Positions 61,311 to 64,000 of a stretch of DNA of 64,000 nucleotides are shown in pieces (the stretch's first letter is position 1; every line of letters starts with the position of its first letter). Below the pieces are notes generated by a model, which saw only the letters and a list, made by a program, of their open reading frames with translations, had not been told where the DNA came from and did no database searches. Position numbers and translations under genes: made by a program. The stretch is taken from the NCBI GenBank assembly GCA_964270895.1, contig OZ185435.1; one strand, 5' to 3'. The stretch comes from Podarcis filfolensis (Eukaryota).

Positions 61311-64000
61311 GATTAACTGTCCAAGGTCTCTAGAGCATGTGCAGAGTGCCATTCTCTGCTCATCAAGTCATCATCGCAAGACACCCCCATATAGCATTTA
61401 TAGAGAACATATTAGTCATCAGCCAGTACCCCAGTCCTTATCATATATCCTTCAATTGCATGGTTAATTGATTTAATTAGTAGATTAAACAACTAAAGCT
61501 TTAATTGCGGTTAAACTTTTCTTACTTAATTAACTGGTGTGGCTGAAAATGAAAGGCACTCTGATAGGCAGTCTGTATAGACATGCCTGGTTGGGTGATG
61601 AAACACAGAGAGGACTTTTCCTTCCAGTTTGTTTCCTCCAAAGGTAGTGGTTATGGTAGTTTGCATTTCAGTCTCCCCTAGGACCAGCCCCTTGCCAGTT
61701 CTGTTCTGTGACTTCCAGGAGTCTTTTTGTCTCATCCTAGAGCTGTGATGAGGTATTTCACTTGCCTATGCAGAGCAAGAGAGAAGTGTATGTGTATATG
61801 GAAGCTCTGGATTTTGTGTGCCTGGAATGTATTCTCCTGCACAAAGGTAAGAGCCACATGTGTTGCTTTTACCTATGCCAGCATTTTGCCCCTTGTCCTG
61901 CCCACTTCTGGCCCCTGGAGGGCTGTCCTTGGAGGTATGTGACTCATGGTCTGGGAAAGATTCCCCCCTCTTGCTCTACAGCAATCAAGCGCTCATTGCA
62001 ATGCATGTTATGGCAAAATCTGGACCATTTACACTCCCCTCACCATTTGAGCTCATTGAATTCCAAAGTCATTTTTGCTCTGGTCCGTTGCTGTAACAGA
62101 ACAATACCCAGGTAAGAGGTTGCTTTACATTCCATATTTCCAAAGTAATGAAAAGGGAAATGTTGAAGAAGGGTTTTCCCCTCCCTACCTAATACTGTTA
62201 GCTTTCTGCTCACAAGTTCAAACTTCAGAAAATCTGAGCCCTTCCTTCCTGTGCCAACATCCTCAAAAAAAAAGGGGGGGAGGTATGCATTTAGAGATTT
62301 AAAGTCACGGAATTTTACTTAATTAACAACAGAATCTTTTCCAGAAGTGATAGCTTAGATATTTACCCAGAAGCACTGATTCCAATGGGACGTCCTTCCA
62401 AGAATAAACTTGTTCTGTTGAAGTTCTGATGATCAGCCAAAACCAAGGGAGTGACAAATTTGGTTACTGCAAGAGAAGAAAAATGGTCATTTCCATGAAA
62501 AACAGGGATGAAGAACAATAGTATTGTTATCTCTGTAGGTGTGGCGAATTCACATAAGAATACCCTTTTTTGTTGTTTTTTTTAGAAGAGGCTGATTAAC
62601 AAAGCAAACAGAGTTATGGCTTCTAGCATTCTACCACAGGAGTTTGTGGTAACTGCACTTGGATGTCTCATTATTAAGGAAGGAACTGAAACTTGATAGC
62701 AACCGGAGGTAATTAAAATATAAAATAAGAGGTGGTTGTGAAACATTTCATTGTGTTAAGGACTGAGCCAACAAAAATGTTTACTCTGTAGCAACTCAGC
62801 TATAATTGTTTGAGTAATAACTCAAGAATGAGGAATACTGATCCCCACTTGGAAGCAGAAGAAGTGAACACAGGATCAGAAGACAAAAGGAGGAGGAAGC
62901 AAGGAGACGGGATACTGGAATTAAGCAACTGCATTTGCCTAATGAACTTCTGCAATGCTCAGCCAGAACAGCCAAGGGTGGTGCATACGCCCTAAGGGTC
63001 TTTCAAATGTACAGGAGGAGGAGGATTGGAGAAGCTCAAGTGAAGCGAAGATTTAATGCAACATTGAGAGCTGTTCTTCCAGGTGGGTTTGTGCCTACCT
63101 ATAGAAATGCCCACAGAGGTTCCCCATGGGTGCCATTGCAGCTGCCCCTCACCCTTGCTGGGCATCACGCCGCCAGGATGCACACCAGCCCTGCCCCCGC
63201 CTGCTCTCCCCCACTGGGTGGCCATTGCTTAGGACTCCAGGAGTGCTACTGGCAGGAGGGAGGAATGGTGAAATTTCACACTTACTACTATTAAGCTCTG
63301 AAACATCAAAGAGCATTTGCCACAGGAAAGTGGCAGCAGTGCAGCTCCTCCCCAGGGTCAACTCATCCACAACGCCTTGCTCTGAAGAAGCAGAGGAACT
63401 TAGGCTGCTTGAAAAAATTGACAGATTCCTCCTGCTCTAATTGTGGTCTGTCATATTAAACGTGTGGTTAGCTTGGTCACACAATTGTGTGTGGTCCACT
63501 TATATTCCTGGCTGTTGCCACCTTCAATGCAAAGCAGGACTCTCAATACCTTCAATGATTGCCCAGAAGGAAGATTGTTTGTTTGGGGATGATTTTTCAA
63601 ACACTGCCCATCCCAAGCTGGCCACATTGTATAGGAAGCTAGATCCAATATATATTGTATCCAGAAATCTCTGCATCTCTAAAGGGCTAGACATTTCTTC
63701 AGGGATGCTGTGGGCAGGGTATTGCAAGCCGTGGCCTCTAGCTGACCAGGTGTGCAGTGACTCATTCCAAGGTTGCCCGGTCCCTTTGTTCCAAACGGCA
63801 CACAAGCTCTGACCTTGCCTGAGCATAGGGCCATAAATCTGTCTTCTTCCATGTACAATCCCACACATCCAGATTTAACAATCTTTCTAATGGAGACTCA
63901 GATAGGCCTCAAGAAGAGACTCCCGAGAAAGTGAAATTCCTTGTGATATTTACTGTTCACCTGGTTTTGCTAAACAAACAGGCACACATATACAAGCACC

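Noticed and set aside
61982-62111. Plus-strand exon candidate (ctacag|…CAG|gtaaga)
   Set aside because: Splice signals are decent, but only one frame is open, the peptide is unrecognised and there is no linked exon. Plausibly chance.
62935-63294. 119-aa Arg-rich ORF
   Set aside because: No recognisable domain, non-ATG start, and an upstream in-frame stop with no good acceptor.
1-64000. CRISPR array, operon, prophage or other prokaryote-type system
   Set aside because: No repeat-spacer array and no dense ORF organisation. The window is clearly vertebrate DNA rich in SINEs, LINEs and microsatellites.

Overview
This is vertebrate genomic DNA, almost certainly from a squamate reptile and probably a lacertid-type lizard. 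The assignment rests on four Sauria SINE copies with ACCTTT-type tails, Squam3-like tRNA-derived SINEs and a Bov-B LINE. I recognise no host protein-coding gene. The ORFs that look like real proteins are retrotransposon ORF2 fragments (L1, L2, CR1, Bov-B); the rest look like chance ORFs. The window reads as a long intron or gene desert with dense, layered TE insertions. These include at least eight hAT-type MITEs with 8-bp TSDs, three Tc1/mariner-type MITEs with TA flanks, a 321-bp solo LTR with a 5-bp TSD, an L1 nested in a CR1 with a 16-bp TSD, and a CpG-rich LTR/DIRS-like remnant. Between the TEs are several non-repetitive blocks rich in transcription-factor motifs that look like conserved enhancers. 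The best non-TE leads are five minus-strand segments with canonical splice signals and a minus-strand CAG|GTAAG motif resembling a recursive splice site; together they could belong to an unannotated long-intron transcript. I found no CRISPR array, rRNA, real tRNA or prokaryote-type system, and I cannot support a claim of a wholly new biological system. TE family names come from recalled consensus motifs, not a database search. There is one 147-N assembly gap.
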